Below, one piece after another: positions 1-11,200 of a stretch of DNA of 64,000 nt. Made by a program: the position numbers and the translations under genes. The notes beneath the pieces were generated by a model. That model was not told the DNA's origin and did no database searches. It saw only the letters and a program-made list of their open reading frames with translations. The DNA is from Ignavibacteria bacterium. GTDB lineage: Bacteria; Bacteroidota; Ignavibacteria; Kapaibacteriales; UBA2268. Location of the stretch: contig JBBIUA010000003.1 of NCBI GenBank assembly GCA_037440445.1, forward strand, positions 128,040 to 192,039, given 5' to 3'. How positions within the stretch are numbered: position 1 is the stretch's first letter; each line of letters starts with the position of its first letter.

Positions 1-769
1 TTATGTCGAGATAATAACTTGCAGGTTTAACCAAAATAATATCCGCACCTTCGATTAGGTCTTGTTCGGCTTCGCGGACAGCCTCGTCTGAATTGCGGAA
101 ATCCATCTGATGCGATTTTCTATCGCCAAATTTTGGAGCCCCTTGAGCTGCTTCTCGAAAAGGACCATACAAAGAAGAGGCAAATTTAGCACTATAACTC
201 ATTATTGGAATATCGGTGAATCCATTTTCATCAAGTACTTCACGGATAATCTGCACTCGACCATCCATCATATCGGATGGTGCAACCATATCGGTTCCTG
301 CGCGCGCCTGCGACAATGCTATTTTTGCATATATTTCAATTGATTTATCGTTTTCTATAACATCGCCAGCCAAAATCCCACAATGACCATGACTCGTGTA
401 TTCACATAGGCAAACATCTGTTATAACAATTAGATTTTTTACTTCTTTCTTTATTGCCCTAACAGCTTTTTGAATTATCCCGTTATCTGAATATGCATCA
501 CTTCCCATTGGGTCTTTATTTTCTGGAATTCCAAATAGAATAACTGCTGGAATACCAAGATCTGCAATTTCTTTACATTCTTCGACAATATTGTCGATGG
601 ACATTTGAAACACTCCGGGCATCGATTTAACTGGATTCTTCACTTTTTCGCCGTAAATAACAAAAAGCGGATAAATCAAATCGTTTTTACTAATACTTGT
701 TTCGGCTATCATATTACGCATAAGTTCATTCTTGCGAAGCCTCCGAAATCTCCAAAATTTTTCTCCCAT
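1..769 (-). CDS. hemB: Porphobilinogen synthase (delta-aminolevulinic acid dehydratase), 3' end runs off the window
   Basis: Reverse-strand translation from the ATG at 769 reads [37 protein letters not shown]...[11 protein letters not shown]...[13 protein letters not shown]. This carries the active-site Lys motif VKPA and the ALAD TIM-barrel signature. It has no stop inside the window and is not in the ORF track because it is truncated. Confidence 0.88.
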   Translation of the reverse strand, partial: MGEKFWRFRRLRKNELMRNMIAETSISKNDLIYPLFVIYGEKVKNPVKSMPGVFQMSIDNIVEECKEIADLGIPAVILFGIPENKDPMGSDAYSDNGIIQKAVRAIKKEVKNLIVITDVCLCEYTSHGHCGILAGDVIENDKSIEIYAKIALSQARAGTDMVAPSDMMDGRVQIIREVLDENGFTDIPIMSYSAKFASSLYGPFREAAQGAPKFGDRKSHQMDFRNSDEAVREAEQDLIEGADIILVKPASYYLDI

Positions 770-852
770 ATCTCATCCCTTTTAATATAAAATTCAAATT
801 TAACACTAAAATTCTTTTTGCTTATTCTTTAACCTTTTTATATATTACATTT

Positions 853-1815
853 TTGTCAAACATTAACATTTTAGAAATGCAAAGCAAATCGGATAATATT
901 CGACTTTCAATTTCAGAAAGAACAAAAACACAGTTGCGAGAACTTCTAAAAAATCCTTTAGATGTAACCAAATTGGATTTACATCTTCGCGAACTCGAAG
1001 AGATCCCTTTTGAAATTTTTCAATTTAAAAATTTAAGGGAATTAAACTTAAAAAATAATCACCTAAAAAAACTACCCCAAGAGATTGCAATACTTCAATC
1101 TTTAGAAAAATTAGAACTTGGCGGGAACTCCTTTGGAGAATTTCCTGACGTTATTACTAAACTTGAAAATCTGAAATATTTGGACTTAAGTTGGAATGCA
1201 ATTAGTTCGTTACCCGATTCAATTGGAAACCTTAAGAAATTAGAAACTTTAAACTTAAACAACAACCAATTAACTCAATTACCCGAATCCATCTGCAAAC
1301 TTACAAATCTAAAAAACCTTGCTATTCACAACAATTTCCTAACAACTCTTCCATCTGACATTGGAAATCTAACTAATTTAGAAGAGCTTTATGCTTTCGA
1401 AAACAAACTCGAATCTTTACCAGATTCAATTGGTAATTGCAAGAAACTTCGCAAATTGGAACTTCAACAGAATTTTCTTGCCGAAATACCAAACGAAATT
1501 GGCGAATTGGAAAAATTGGAAAAACTCCGACTTTATAAAAATATGCTACGAAAATTGCCTTCGGAGATTGGAAAACTCCAAAATCTTACAAAACTTTTAC
1601 TTTATGAAAATCAAATCGCCGAACTTCCAGAAACCATAGGAAATCTTACGAATCTTATTGAGTTTGATATAAGCGGGAATGAATTGATGGCACTTCCAGA
1701 AAGTTTTTACAATTTGAAGAACTTGTCGCGCATTTCACTTGCAAATAACCACTTCCCAAAAGATTTCGTTTTCATATTACGCGAAAGATTTCCAGCATCG
1801 ATTATAGAATTTTAA
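853..1815 (+). CDS. Leucine-rich repeat (LRR) protein, no signal peptide
   Basis: About twelve tandem 23-residue LxxLxLxxNxLxxLPxxIGxL repeats (LRELNLKNNHLKKLPQEI, LETLNLNNNQLTQLPESI, and so on). The N-terminus is hydrophilic. Confidence 0.8.
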   Translation: MSNINILEMQSKSDNIRLSISERTKTQLRELLKNPLDVTKLDLHLRELEEIPFEIFQFKNLRELNLKNNHLKKLPQEIAILQSLEKLELGGNSFGEFPDVITKLENLKYLDLSWNAISSLPDSIGNLKKLETLNLNNNQLTQLPESICKLTNLKNLAIHNNFLTTLPSDIGNLTNLEELYAFENKLESLPDSIGNCKKLRKLELQQNFLAEIPNEIGELEKLEKLRLYKNMLRKLPSEIGKLQNLTKLLLYENQIAELPETIGNLTNLIEFDISGNELMALPESFYNLKNLSRISLANNHFPKDFVFILRERFPASIIEF

Positions 1816-1817
1816 AA

Positions 1818-3158
1818 CTATTGTTGCCAATCAACTCGTTCGAGGTATTTCGTATCGATATTGCCGGCAAGGAAATCTGGATTATCCATCATTTTTAGAT
1901 GGAAAGGAATTGTTGTAGGAATTCTTTCGATAACAAATTCTTCCAAAGCTCTTTTCATTTTAGCAATCGCTTCTTGGCGATTTTTCCCCCAAGTAATCAA
2001 TTTTGCAAGTAATGAATCATAATAAGATGGAACAACATACTCTTGGTAGATATGAGAATCAATACGAACACCGTGACCACCAGGAAAATGTAAACTCGTT
2101 ATTTTACCAGGCGATGGTCGAAAATCATTGTATGGGTCCTCTGCAATAATCCGGCATTCAATTGCGTGGAACTTCGGCTCCTGAATAGAAAGCGACAAGG
2201 TTTCTCCCGAAGCAATTCTTATTTGTTCCTTGATTAAATCTACAGATAAAGACTCTTCGGTAACAGGGTGTTCCACTTGGATTCTTGTATTCATTTCCAT
2301 AAAATAAAAATTTAACTCTTCATCGACAAGGAACTCAATAGTTCCTGGACCGATGTAATTTACAGCTTTAGCCCCAGCAATGGCTGCTGCGCCCATCCGC
2401 TGACGCAATTCTGGAGTTACAACTGGGCTCGGAGCCTCTTCGATAAGCTTTTGATGCCTTCGTTGAAGCGAACATTCCCTTTCATTTAAATGTATTACAT
2501 TCCCAAACTTATCGCCAAGAACTTGAACTTCAATATGACGAGATTTGCCAAGCAACTTTTCGATGTAAACATCGGGACTACCAAAGAAGCTACCAGCTTC
2601 GGCTTTTGCAATTCCAAAGGATTTGACTAATTCATCTCGGTCACGAACAACACGCATTCCTCGACCACCTCCTCCAGCAGCAGCCTTGATAATTATTGGA
2701 TAACCAATTTCTTCAGCAATGCTAATTGCTTCATCAAGAGAATGAACTATTCCATTGCTACCTGGAATAACTGATACGCCAGCCTTTTGCATTGTTTCTT
2801 TTGCAACAGACTTATTCCCCATTCGTGAAATAGAATCTGGCTTTGGACCGATAAAGATAAAACCCGAAGCTTCGCAAATCTCGGCGAAAGTAGCATTTTC
2901 GGCAAGAAAGCCATATCCGGGATGAATTGCATCGCAATTAGTTATCTGCGCTGCAGAAATTATAGCAGGAATGTATAAATAACTTCGCGATGGTGGTGGA
3001 GGTCCGATACACACAGCCTCGTCGGCAAATTTCACAGGGAGCGATAAAGAGTCTGCTTCGGAATAAACAACAACTGTTTTAATCCCTAATTCCTTGCAAG
3101 CACGAATAATTCTTAATGCAATTTCGCCACGATTCGCTATGAGAATTTTATTTATCAT
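1818..3158 (-). CDS. accC: Acetyl-CoA carboxylase biotin carboxylase subunit
   Basis: Starts [20 protein letters not shown], with an ATP-grasp glycine loop ([14 protein letters not shown]) and the conserved [14 protein letters not shown] motif. ATG at 3158 sits 10 nt after the accB stop. Confidence 0.95.
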   Translation of the reverse strand: MINKILIANRGEIALRIIRACKELGIKTVVVYSEADSLSLPVKFADEAVCIGPPPPSRSYLYIPAIISAAQITNCDAIHPGYGFLAENATFAEICEASGFIFIGPKPDSISRMGNKSVAKETMQKAGVSVIPGSNGIVHSLDEAISIAEEIGYPIIIKAAAGGGGRGMRVVRDRDELVKSFGIAKAEAGSFFGSPDVYIEKLLGKSRHIEVQVLGDKFGNVIHLNERECSLQRRHQKLIEEAPSPVVTPELRQRMGAAAIAGAKAVNYIGPGTIEFLVDEELNFYFMEMNTRIQVEHPVTEESLSVDLIKEQIRIASGETLSLSIQEPKFHAIECRIIAEDPYNDFRPSPGKITSLHFPGGHGVRIDSHIYQEYVVPSYYDSLLAKLITWGKNRQEAIAKMKRALEEFVIERIPTTIPFHLKMMDNPDFLAGNIDTKYLERVDWQQ

Positions 3159-3168
3159 AATAGTAGAA

Positions 3169-3651
3169 TTAATCGGGTTTAATAAGCATCAGAGTTTGAT
3201 TGTATTCAACGGGCTTACCATTTTCAACAAGGATTTCCGCAATAGTTCCAGCAATATCACTTTCAATCTCGTTCATTACTTTCATTGCTTCAACAATACA
3301 CAAGGTTTGACCTGGAACTACGTGACTACCAACTTCAACAAAGGGCTCGGATTCTGGTGAAGGTGCTCGATAGAATGTACCCACAATTGGCGATGTAATC
3401 TTATGGTAAGTTGAAGCAACGGAAACATTCGAAACCTTCGGTTCCTCCTTTTCCTCTACTGGTTCAACAATTAATTCATTTGAAATTTGTGTGGGTTGGA
3501 CAAATCTTTCTGGAGTGGTTTGGACAATGTGGTTCATTTCGGGTATCTTCCTCGAAAGGGAAATTTTTATACCTTCTTCCTCTATAGTCAAATCGGTAAG
3601 TGTACTTTGGTCAAATATCTTTAAAATTTTTTTTAAATAATTTAAATCCAT
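3169..3651 (-). CDS. accB: Biotin carboxyl carrier protein of acetyl-CoA carboxylase
   Basis: C-terminal biotinyl domain with the [10 protein letters not shown] biotinylation motif; lies immediately upstream of accC. Confidence 0.9.
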   Translation of the reverse strand: MDLNYLKKILKIFDQSTLTDLTIEEEGIKISLSRKIPEMNHIVQTTPERFVQPTQISNELIVEPVEEKEEPKVSNVSVASTYHKITSPIVGTFYRAPSPESEPFVEVGSHVVPGQTLCIVEAMKVMNEIESDIAGTIAEILVENGKPVEYNQTLMLIKPD

Positions 3652-3659
3652 ATTTATCC

Positions 3660-4235
3660 TTATTGATTTTCTTTAACCCGTTCAACATATTCGCCACTAC
3701 GGGTATCGACTCGAATTAAATCCCCTTCGTTTACAAAAATTGGAACTTGGATGGTAAATCCACTTTCAAGGACAGCAGGTTTAAGAACATTTGTTGCAGT
3801 ATCGCCACGAACACCTGGCTCGGTTTGAACAACACGAAGATTCACATGGGGAGGTAATTCAACTCCAATAGGTTGTCCATCGACAAAGTTGATTAGAACT
3901 TCTTGGTTTTCAGTCAAAAAATTCACAGCATTTCCAACAAGGTCAGCATCGAGCGGAATTTGCTCAAATGTGTCCATATCCATAAAATAAAATGTATTAC
4001 CATCGCGGTAAAGATATTGGAAATTCTTTCGTTCAACATAAACAAATTCAATAGACTCACCAGAACGGAATCGGTATTCACTCAATCTACCTGTTTTCAT
4101 ATTACGCATTTTCACCTGATAAAAGGCACGAAGGTTTCCAGGTGTTCGATGTTCGGATTCAAGAACAATGTGTAACTCACCATTAAAATTAATTACTGCG
4201 CCAGGCCTTAAATCCGAAGTTGTTCCCATTGGCAT
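3660..4235 (-). CDS. efp: Elongation factor P
   Basis: [24 protein letters not shown]...KPGKG-like loop...GDTATNV...[13 protein letters not shown] is EF-P over its whole length. Start set at the ATG at 4235, which follows GGAGA-N7. The longer tracked ORF (to 4337) would overlap the tRNA-Cys gene. Confidence 0.88.
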   Translation of the reverse strand: MPMGTTSDLRPGAVINFNGELHIVLESEHRTPGNLRAFYQVKMRNMKTGRLSEYRFRSGESIEFVYVERKNFQYLYRDGNTFYFMDMDTFEQIPLDADLVGNAVNFLTENQEVLINFVDGQPIGVELPPHVNLRVVQTEPGVRGDTATNVLKPAVLESGFTIQVPIFVNEGDLIRVDTRSGEYVERVKENQ

Positions 4236-4280
4236 ATTTTTGTCTCCGTTTAGTTTAACTAAGCAATAAGTATAAAAAAG

Positions 4281-4351
4281 AGGTGCCAGCCGGATTCGAA
4301 CCGACGTAGGAGGTTTTGCAGACCTCTGCCTAACCACTCGGCCATGGCACC
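4281..4351 (-). tRNA. tRNA-Cys (anticodon GCA)
   Basis: Reverse complement GGTGCCATGGCCGAGTGGTTAGGCAGAGGTCTGCAAAACCTCCTACGTCGGTTCGAATCCGGCTGGCACCT folds as a cloverleaf. It has a 7-bp acceptor stem, anticodon loop CUGCAAA and T-loop TTCGAAT. CCA is not encoded. Confidence 0.85.
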
Positions 4352-4622
4352 AATAAGAACTACAAAATTAAGCAAAAATTTCAAATTACAAAGCATTATT
4401 GATTTTTAATTTAACTTGAAATTACTTAATGAGTTATTTTAGTATCCTATGTATTAACAATTTTGATAATCCGAGAATTCTTCTGAAATTTTGATTAATA
4501 AATAGCATAATCATTTAATCGACATTCGAAATCTTTCATCCAAAGAGTAAATATCTTCATAATATTTTAATTAAAATAGATTGGCTATCTTTTCGTAATT
4601 TTGAATTTTATAATTATTATGA

Positions 4623-5600
4623 ATGAAAGCAATTGTACCTGTTGCTGGGATTGGTAGTAGATTAAGACCACATACTTACTTCTTGCCTAAGGTTTTGTTA
4701 AATGTGGCGGGCAAGCCTATTTTGAAGCATATACTTGATTCACTTATACACCTTGAGCTCGATGAAATCCTTATTGTTACTGGTCATTTAGGCGATGAAG
4801 TTGAAAAGTATGTTCGGGCGAACTACAAATTTCCAATAAGATTCATTTCTCAAACTGAACCTCTTGGTTTAGGTCATGCAATTTGGTGCGGTTCGGAATA
4901 TTTCGCTGGCGAACCCTTATTGATTGTTCTTGGGGATACAATTTTCGACGCCGATTTGCAACTTATTGCCAGTCAAGAATTGTCCGCTTTAGGAGTTAAA
5001 GAAGTTTCAAATCCTTCTCGCTTTGGAGTTGTTGTTACTAACAAAGATGGAACCATTTCTCAGTTGATTGAAAAGCCAGAAAAATTCATTTCGAACCTTG
5101 CAATTGTTGGAATTTACTTCATAAAAAATTCACATTTGCTGAACGAATGTTTAAATGAACTTTTAGAAAAAGATATAAAAACAAAAGGTGAATTCCAGTT
5201 AACCGATGCTTTGCAGTTGATGATAGACAAAGGAGAAAAGTTTGTTACAATTCCAGTCGACGGTTGGTATGATTGTGGTAAACCCGAAACTTTGCTAGAA
5301 ACGAACCGATATCTTCTTTCAAAAAAACCATATATCCGAAATATTCCCGATTGCGTTGTTATACCTCCAGTTTTTATCGACGACAATGCAGTAGTTAGAC
5401 GCTCTGTAATTGGGCCATATGCAACAATAGCCTCTGGATGCATTGTTACCGATAGCGTCATTAGAAATTCTATAATAAGTGATGGTGCAAAGGTAGAGTC
5501 ATATCTTCTTGAAAATTCAATAATTGGAAATAGTGCTGTAGTTCGGGGTTCGTTTTTTCAAATGAATGTTGGAAATTCGAGTGAAATTAATAGTGTTTGA
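4623..5600 (+). CDS. NDP-sugar pyrophosphorylase (sugar-phosphate nucleotidyltransferase domain plus C-terminal left-handed beta-helix)
   Basis: N-terminus [16 protein letters not shown]...[14 protein letters not shown] is the G-rich NTP-transferase loop. The C-terminus has hexapeptide repeats ([31 protein letters not shown]). Confidence 0.7.
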   Translation: MKAIVPVAGIGSRLRPHTYFLPKVLLNVAGKPILKHILDSLIHLELDEILIVTGHLGDEVEKYVRANYKFPIRFISQTEPLGLGHAIWCGSEYFAGEPLLIVLGDTIFDADLQLIASQELSALGVKEVSNPSRFGVVVTNKDGTISQLIEKPEKFISNLAIVGIYFIKNSHLLNECLNELLEKDIKTKGEFQLTDALQLMIDKGEKFVTIPVDGWYDCGKPETLLETNRYLLSKKPYIRNIPDCVVIPPVFIDDNAVVRRSVIGPYATIASGCIVTDSVIRNSIISDGAKVESYLLENSIIGNSAVVRGSFFQMNVGNSSEINSV

Positions 5601-5620
5601 TTGTTAAACTTGGTGGAATT

Positions 5621-6769
5621 ATGGAAAGAAGAAGAACATATCTTTTTACATCGGAATCAGTTGGGGAAGGGCACCCCGATAAAATTTGCGACCAAGTCTC
5701 CGATGCTGTTTTGGATGCAATGCTTGCAGATGACCCTGAAAGCCGAGTAGCGTGTGAGTGCTTTGCTACTACTGGACTAATTATTGTCGGGGGAGAAATT
5801 ACAACCCGGACATACATCGACCTTCAACAATTGGTTCGCGGTGTTATCCGGGACATTGGTTACGATAAAGATGGATACCGTTTCGATGCTAACTCCTGCG
5901 CCGTTATTAATGTCATCAACCATCAATCCGAAGACATTGCGCTTGGGGTCGATACTGGCGGAGCCGGTGACCAAGGAATGATGTTTGGGTATGCTATTCG
6001 AGAAACACCCGAGCTTATGCCCGCAACAATTATGTATGCACATAAATTAGTCAAAAGACTTTCAGAGATTCGGAAAAAAGAACCATATCTTATGCCTTAT
6101 TTACGACCCGATGCAAAATCCCAAGTTACTATTGAATATTCGGATTCTGGGGAAATTCTTCGAGTTGATACTGTTGTTATTTCCACTCAACACGACCCCG
6201 ATGTTACTCAAAGTAGAATCAAGGAAGATGTTATTGAACATGTAATCAAAAATGTTATTCCAAATGAATATTTGGATAATCGTACGAAATATTATGTGAA
6301 CCCAACGGGTAAATTTGTGATCGGCGGTCCACATGGCGACACAGGTTTAACAGGAAGGAAAATCATAGTCGATACCTATGGTGGTCGTGCACCTCACGGC
6401 GGGGGAGCTTTCTCGGGCAAAGACCCAACAAAGGTTGACCGTTCCGCTGCTTATGCTGCTCGCCACATAGCCAAAAACATCGTTGCTGCTGGAATTACGG
6501 ATGAATGCACGATTCAACTCTCCTATGCAATCGGCATTGCTCAACCTGTTTCAATTCACATTAATACCCACAACAAATCCAAAGTCCCTGAAGAAGTATT
6601 AGAAAAATTTGTTCACGAGAATATAGATTTAACACCCCGAGGAATTATAAAGCGATTCGACCTCCAGAAACCAATTTATCGACAAACTGCTGTCTACGGT
6701 CATTTCGGACGCGAAGAATTTCCTTGGGAAAAACTTGACCTTATTGATATGTTTAAAACTTTATTGTGA
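5621..6769 (+). CDS. metK: S-adenosylmethionine synthetase
   Basis: Matches MetK: [46 protein letters not shown] and the [10 protein letters not shown] motif. Start taken at ATG 5621 after GGTGGA. Confidence 0.95.
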   Translation: MERRRTYLFTSESVGEGHPDKICDQVSDAVLDAMLADDPESRVACECFATTGLIIVGGEITTRTYIDLQQLVRGVIRDIGYDKDGYRFDANSCAVINVINHQSEDIALGVDTGGAGDQGMMFGYAIRETPELMPATIMYAHKLVKRLSEIRKKEPYLMPYLRPDAKSQVTIEYSDSGEILRVDTVVISTQHDPDVTQSRIKEDVIEHVIKNVIPNEYLDNRTKYYVNPTGKFVIGGPHGDTGLTGRKIIVDTYGGRAPHGGGAFSGKDPTKVDRSAAYAARHIAKNIVAAGITDECTIQLSYAIGIAQPVSIHINTHNKSKVPEEVLEKFVHENIDLTPRGIIKRFDLQKPIYRQTAVYGHFGREEFPWEKLDLIDMFKTLL

Positions 6770-6794
6770 TGTTATGTAATTATAAGGAAAAGAA

Positions 6795-8150
6795 ATGGGA
6801 AAATGTAAACCAAAAAAAGTAAGCCAGAGCGAAATTGTTGTAAACTACCCTCCAAAGAAAGCAAAAGGAAAATTTGATGAAGTCCCTGGACAATATTGCG
6901 TTCGCGACATTTCTCTTGCAGAAGAAGGACAGAAATTAATCGATTGGGCAGAGTCGAGAATGCCTGTATTGATGCATCTTCGCCAGATGTATAAAAAAAC
7001 AAAACCATTTAAAGGTTATAAAATATCAGGTTGTCTACACGTAACAAAAGAGACCGCTGTATTAATTCGTACACTTGTCGAGGCAGGGGCCGAGGTTTCT
7101 TGGAGTGGTTGTAATCCTCTTTCAACAAACGATGCTGTTGCAGCTGCCCTTGCCAAACAAGGTATTTCTATTTTTGCATGGCACGGAAATTTGGAAGATT
7201 TTTACTGGTGCATTGAGCGAACTATCGATAAGCCCCCACATCTAACTTTGGACGATGGTTGCGATTTAATCAACACAGTACACGAAAAATATCCAGAAAT
7301 GGCAAAAAACCATATTATCGGAGGGACAGAAGAAACAACCACTGGTGTCCATCGCCTTCGGGCAAGACAAGAGGCTGGCCAATTGCTTTATCCTGTATTT
7401 GCAGTTAACGACACCGAGACGAAATGGGACTTCGATAACGTCTATGGAACTGGGCAATCAACCCTCGATGGAATTATGCGCGCAACATCTGTCCTAATTG
7501 CAGGCAAAACAGTAGTTGTTGCAGGTCATGGGCATTGTGGTTCAGGTGTTGCAAAACGTGCAAAAGGGCTTGGAGCCACAACCATCATCACCGAAGTTAA
7601 ACCCACCGCCGCTATTAAGGCTTTGCTCGAAGGTCATCAAGTAATGACAATGGACCAAGCTGCCGAAATTGGAGACATTTTTATCACAGCAACAGGTTGC
7701 AAAGATGTAATCCGACGCTGGCATTTCGAAAAAATGAAAGATGGTGCTATTGTCTGTAATACTGGTCATTACGATGTAGAAATTAATATCCCCGAATTAG
7801 AAGAACTTGCCGTGTCCAAACGAACGATTCGGGAAAATTGCGAAGAATACACTCTAAAAAATGGTAAAAGGATATATCTTCTTGCTCAAGGTCGACTTAT
7901 TAATCTTGCGGCTGCAGAAGGTCACCCTTCGGAAGTTATGGATATGAGCTTTGCTAACCAATTTATGGCTCTACTTAGATTCGTCGAAGCCCACAAGGAA
8001 GGCAAACGATTTCCTATCGAGGTTATGGATTTACCACCTGAACAAGATGAATTCATCGCTACTTTGAAATTGAAATCGATGGGTATTGAAATCGATAAAC
8101 TTACCCCTGAACAGGAAAAATACCTAAAAGATTACCTTGCTGGAACTTAA
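6795..8150 (+). CDS. ahcY: Adenosylhomocysteinase (S-adenosyl-L-homocysteine hydrolase)
   Basis: ADISLAEEGQKLIDWAE...NAD-binding GxGxxG (VVAGHGHCGSGVA) and C-terminal KLTPEQEKYL are typical of SahH. RBS AGGAAAAG. Adjacent to metK. Confidence 0.93.
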   Translation: MGKCKPKKVSQSEIVVNYPPKKAKGKFDEVPGQYCVRDISLAEEGQKLIDWAESRMPVLMHLRQMYKKTKPFKGYKISGCLHVTKETAVLIRTLVEAGAEVSWSGCNPLSTNDAVAAALAKQGISIFAWHGNLEDFYWCIERTIDKPPHLTLDDGCDLINTVHEKYPEMAKNHIIGGTEETTTGVHRLRARQEAGQLLYPVFAVNDTETKWDFDNVYGTGQSTLDGIMRATSVLIAGKTVVVAGHGHCGSGVAKRAKGLGATTIITEVKPTAAIKALLEGHQVMTMDQAAEIGDIFITATGCKDVIRRWHFEKMKDGAIVCNTGHYDVEINIPELEELAVSKRTIRENCEEYTLKNGKRIYLLAQGRLINLAAAEGHPSEVMDMSFANQFMALLRFVEAHKEGKRFPIEVMDLPPEQDEFIATLKLKSMGIEIDKLTPEQEKYLKDYLAGT

Positions 8151-8186
8151 TCCTTAGAATATGAAAAGTCAATATTTAAAAAACTT

Positions 8187-8215
8187 GGGGCGGATTTCCC
8201 GCCCCACTATTTTTG
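8187..8215. terminator. Rho-independent terminator hairpin GGGGCGG-ATTTC-CCGCCCC followed by a T-run
   Basis: Perfect 7-bp GC-rich stem read directly, then ACTATTTTTG. Sits between convergent ahcY and the 1153-aa gene and can act in both directions. Confidence 0.65.
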
Positions 8216-8224
8216 GGGGTTGCT

Positions 8225-11200
8225 TCATGGGTTCAAAAGGAACTTCTTATAAATCACTCCTTTTGGAGTTGTTATCCTAACAAAATAAACACCGAATGGA
8301 ACAGAAGATGTATTCCAAACGAAGAACATTGTTGGATTAGCATTTCCGAAAACTAATTCTCCTATCTGATTATAAATATTAATTTCCCTTATCTCCCCTT
8401 CGAATCGAATTTCTTGCAAATTGTTAATTTCAGTTACCTTAACAAATTCATCGGGTTTTTGTTCATCAGTAGAATTAATATTTTTCACAATAAATTTTTT
8501 GGTTTCCGACCAGTCACTTTCCAGTTTGCCCGAAAACACTTTAACTCTCCAGTAAAACCAAGTCTCGGCTGGTGCAGAATTAAGTTCATAGGTGTTTTGA
8601 TTATATAAAATAGCTTGTTTCATAATAAATTCAAATTCTGGGTCGTAAGCAATCTGGAAAGTATAAAATGCATCGGCTGTTGTAAATTCCCAAGAAAATT
8701 CAATTGGTAGTTCAAGATACGAACCCTCTTCAGGTTGGAATAGAGTTGGTTCCCGTAAAGAAGTAATAAATGAAAATATTTCACTCCAAAAACTTGTTGA
8801 AGTTTGATTTACAGCGCGAACCCGCCAAAAATACCTCGTCCCATACGAAAGTTTAGAAATCTGATAAGAAGTATCGGTAGTTTGTTCGTCGATAATCAGA
8901 TTTGCAAAGACTGGGTCGGTTGAAATTTGTAGTTCGTAATAATCGGCTTTATCGACAGAAAGCCAGCGAAGATGGTCGGTTATCTTCAAATTCAGAATAT
9001 TATTTTCTGGATAAACCAGAGTTGGGAATGTCAAATAATTTTCTGGTACGGTTTTAAACCAAGAAATTTCCGACCAAGGGCTTTCCAAATCGTCTTTCAT
9101 TGCCTTTACACGCCAAAAGTAACGTGTCGAATATGCAAGATTGCGATAGACAAAATATGTCGAACCAACCACAACGTATCTTTCCACTCCCATAAAGAAA
9201 TCAGGGTCTTCTGAAATTTGAACTTCATATTTGGTTGCTCCAGCAACTTCATTCCAACGAAGCAAACCAGTGATCGGAGCCAAAGTGTCGGCAAACGGAG
9301 GGACTAAAAGTCGGGGCTTGGGTAATTGAGTTGTAAAAGTAAACACTTCGGACCATTGACTATTACCTGATTCGCCAGTAGCACGTACTTTCCAATAATA
9401 AACAGTTGCAGGTTCAAGGTCGGAATATTCGAATTGTTCACTTTTAACATCGACAATTTCTACCTGATTATTAACAAATTGTTTATCCGAAGAAACTACC
9501 AAGTAATAATGTATTGCTCCAGGAACTGGACTCCACCGTAAAATTCCACTTATTGGGATATTCTTTGCTTGATTCTCGGGGAAAATTAGAAATGGACTTG
9601 CAAGCATAGTTCGAAACTTTCGTATTTCGGACCATATTCCATATTGTTCGCCACGAACAAGACGAACCCGCCAGAAATATTCCGTATAATAATCCAAATC
9701 ATCCACATTAATAATGGGATTTTGAACAATTGTATCCTTTACAATATTTTTGAAATTTTTATCCAATGCTAACTGAAATTGGTAACCCCAAGCATTGTCG
9801 CTTGCAAGCCATTGGAATTGAACCATTAAGGGCATGTCAATCGTGCTATCCAACGGAGAAAGTAAATTAATTCTTTCATAGATAGTCGTGAATGATTGAA
9901 CCTCCGACCAAATGCTAACGCAATTTTCACGCTCCGAACGAATCCGCCAGTAGTAGGTTTTGCCAGGAAGTAATAAGGAAGAGGAAAAGACATAGAAAGT
10001 GTCCACAATGCTTGCAGTATCTTTAATCAAAATTTGAAAATTTTGGTCAGTGGCTATTTGAATATGATAATTTTCGCCAAGAACATAACGACTCCACCGA
10101 AACGCAGGGGTTAATGAAACATTAATTTCGTTATTTGCTGGCAAAATTGGTTTTGGAACACCAATACTACCAGAACCGATGCAATATTCACCAACCCCAG
10201 CAAAGACAGTTTCAAGTCTATTATAGTGACTATTGTAGGTTGTAGTTAGTTCTCTGAATTCTCCTTCTCCTTCATTTGAGCGATAATACACTTTAAAATC
10301 AGTGGCAGAATTAAATCCACTTAATCCAGACAAATTAAAGTACAGATAACCCGAAACAAAATTACTTCCCTGCTTTGTTATTACCCACCGATAAGGTAAT
10401 ACAGAACAAGGACCACCTTGATTCAAATTATGTGGTGGATATCGGTGTTTTTCAACTGTAATTTTCCCTGTTCCACTTAAACTGCTCAAAATTAATGTTG
10501 TATTTGTATTATACATACTGTTTACAAAATTGTATTCTCCGGCAATCTCAATCGGTAAAGTTACAGCATCCATTTTGAAAATAAATTTATATGCGCGATA
10601 TGTACCAAATGTAGAGATAAAATCCAAAGCAACTTGTTTCGAGGGAGTAACTTCAGTCAGCAAGTGATTATGACCACCTTCAGACATCGCTCCGCCCCAC
10701 GCAATCAATGTATTTCCATTTGGTAGCCTTTGAGCTCCACCTGCTGCTGGAGAAGCAGTGTTTAATGGTGAACGATACTCCCAAACTTTTGTTACTCGAC
10801 GATTGGCTTCGTCAATTTGGTATTCTACTGCACGCGAAAACCTACTACTATTTGGACGCAAATTACCATTATCGAAAAGCAGAATGTTGCCATTAGATAG
10901 CTCTCTGGGGTCGTGTTGGTGCGAAAATCCGAAAAAATTATCTATGGTATCATTAACAAAAGTAAATTCATTGTTACGACATCTACTACCACCCATCCTC
11001 CAGATTATTTCACCTGTTTGCTTATTAATCTTAGTAATTTCATCCATATGGCGGCAAGAAATTAATAGATTACCATCGCTAAGAAGCTCTATTGAATTGA
11101 TGTGAAATGGGCGAATATAACTTGCTTGAAGATCAATATCATCAGTTGCATCCAAAACAGAAAAGTGGTCTATTGCATTCCATTGCCAAACAACCCGTCG

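Noticed and set aside
110-790. Plus-strand ORFs of 61-77 aa at the window start
   Set aside because: They lie antisense within hemB, whose reverse-frame translation is unambiguous.
4236-4337. N-terminal extension of efp (MVRQRSAKPP...) in the tracked ORF
   Set aside because: It would overlap the tRNA-Cys gene and has no EF-P homology. The ATG at 4235 has an SD and gives a full-length EF-P.
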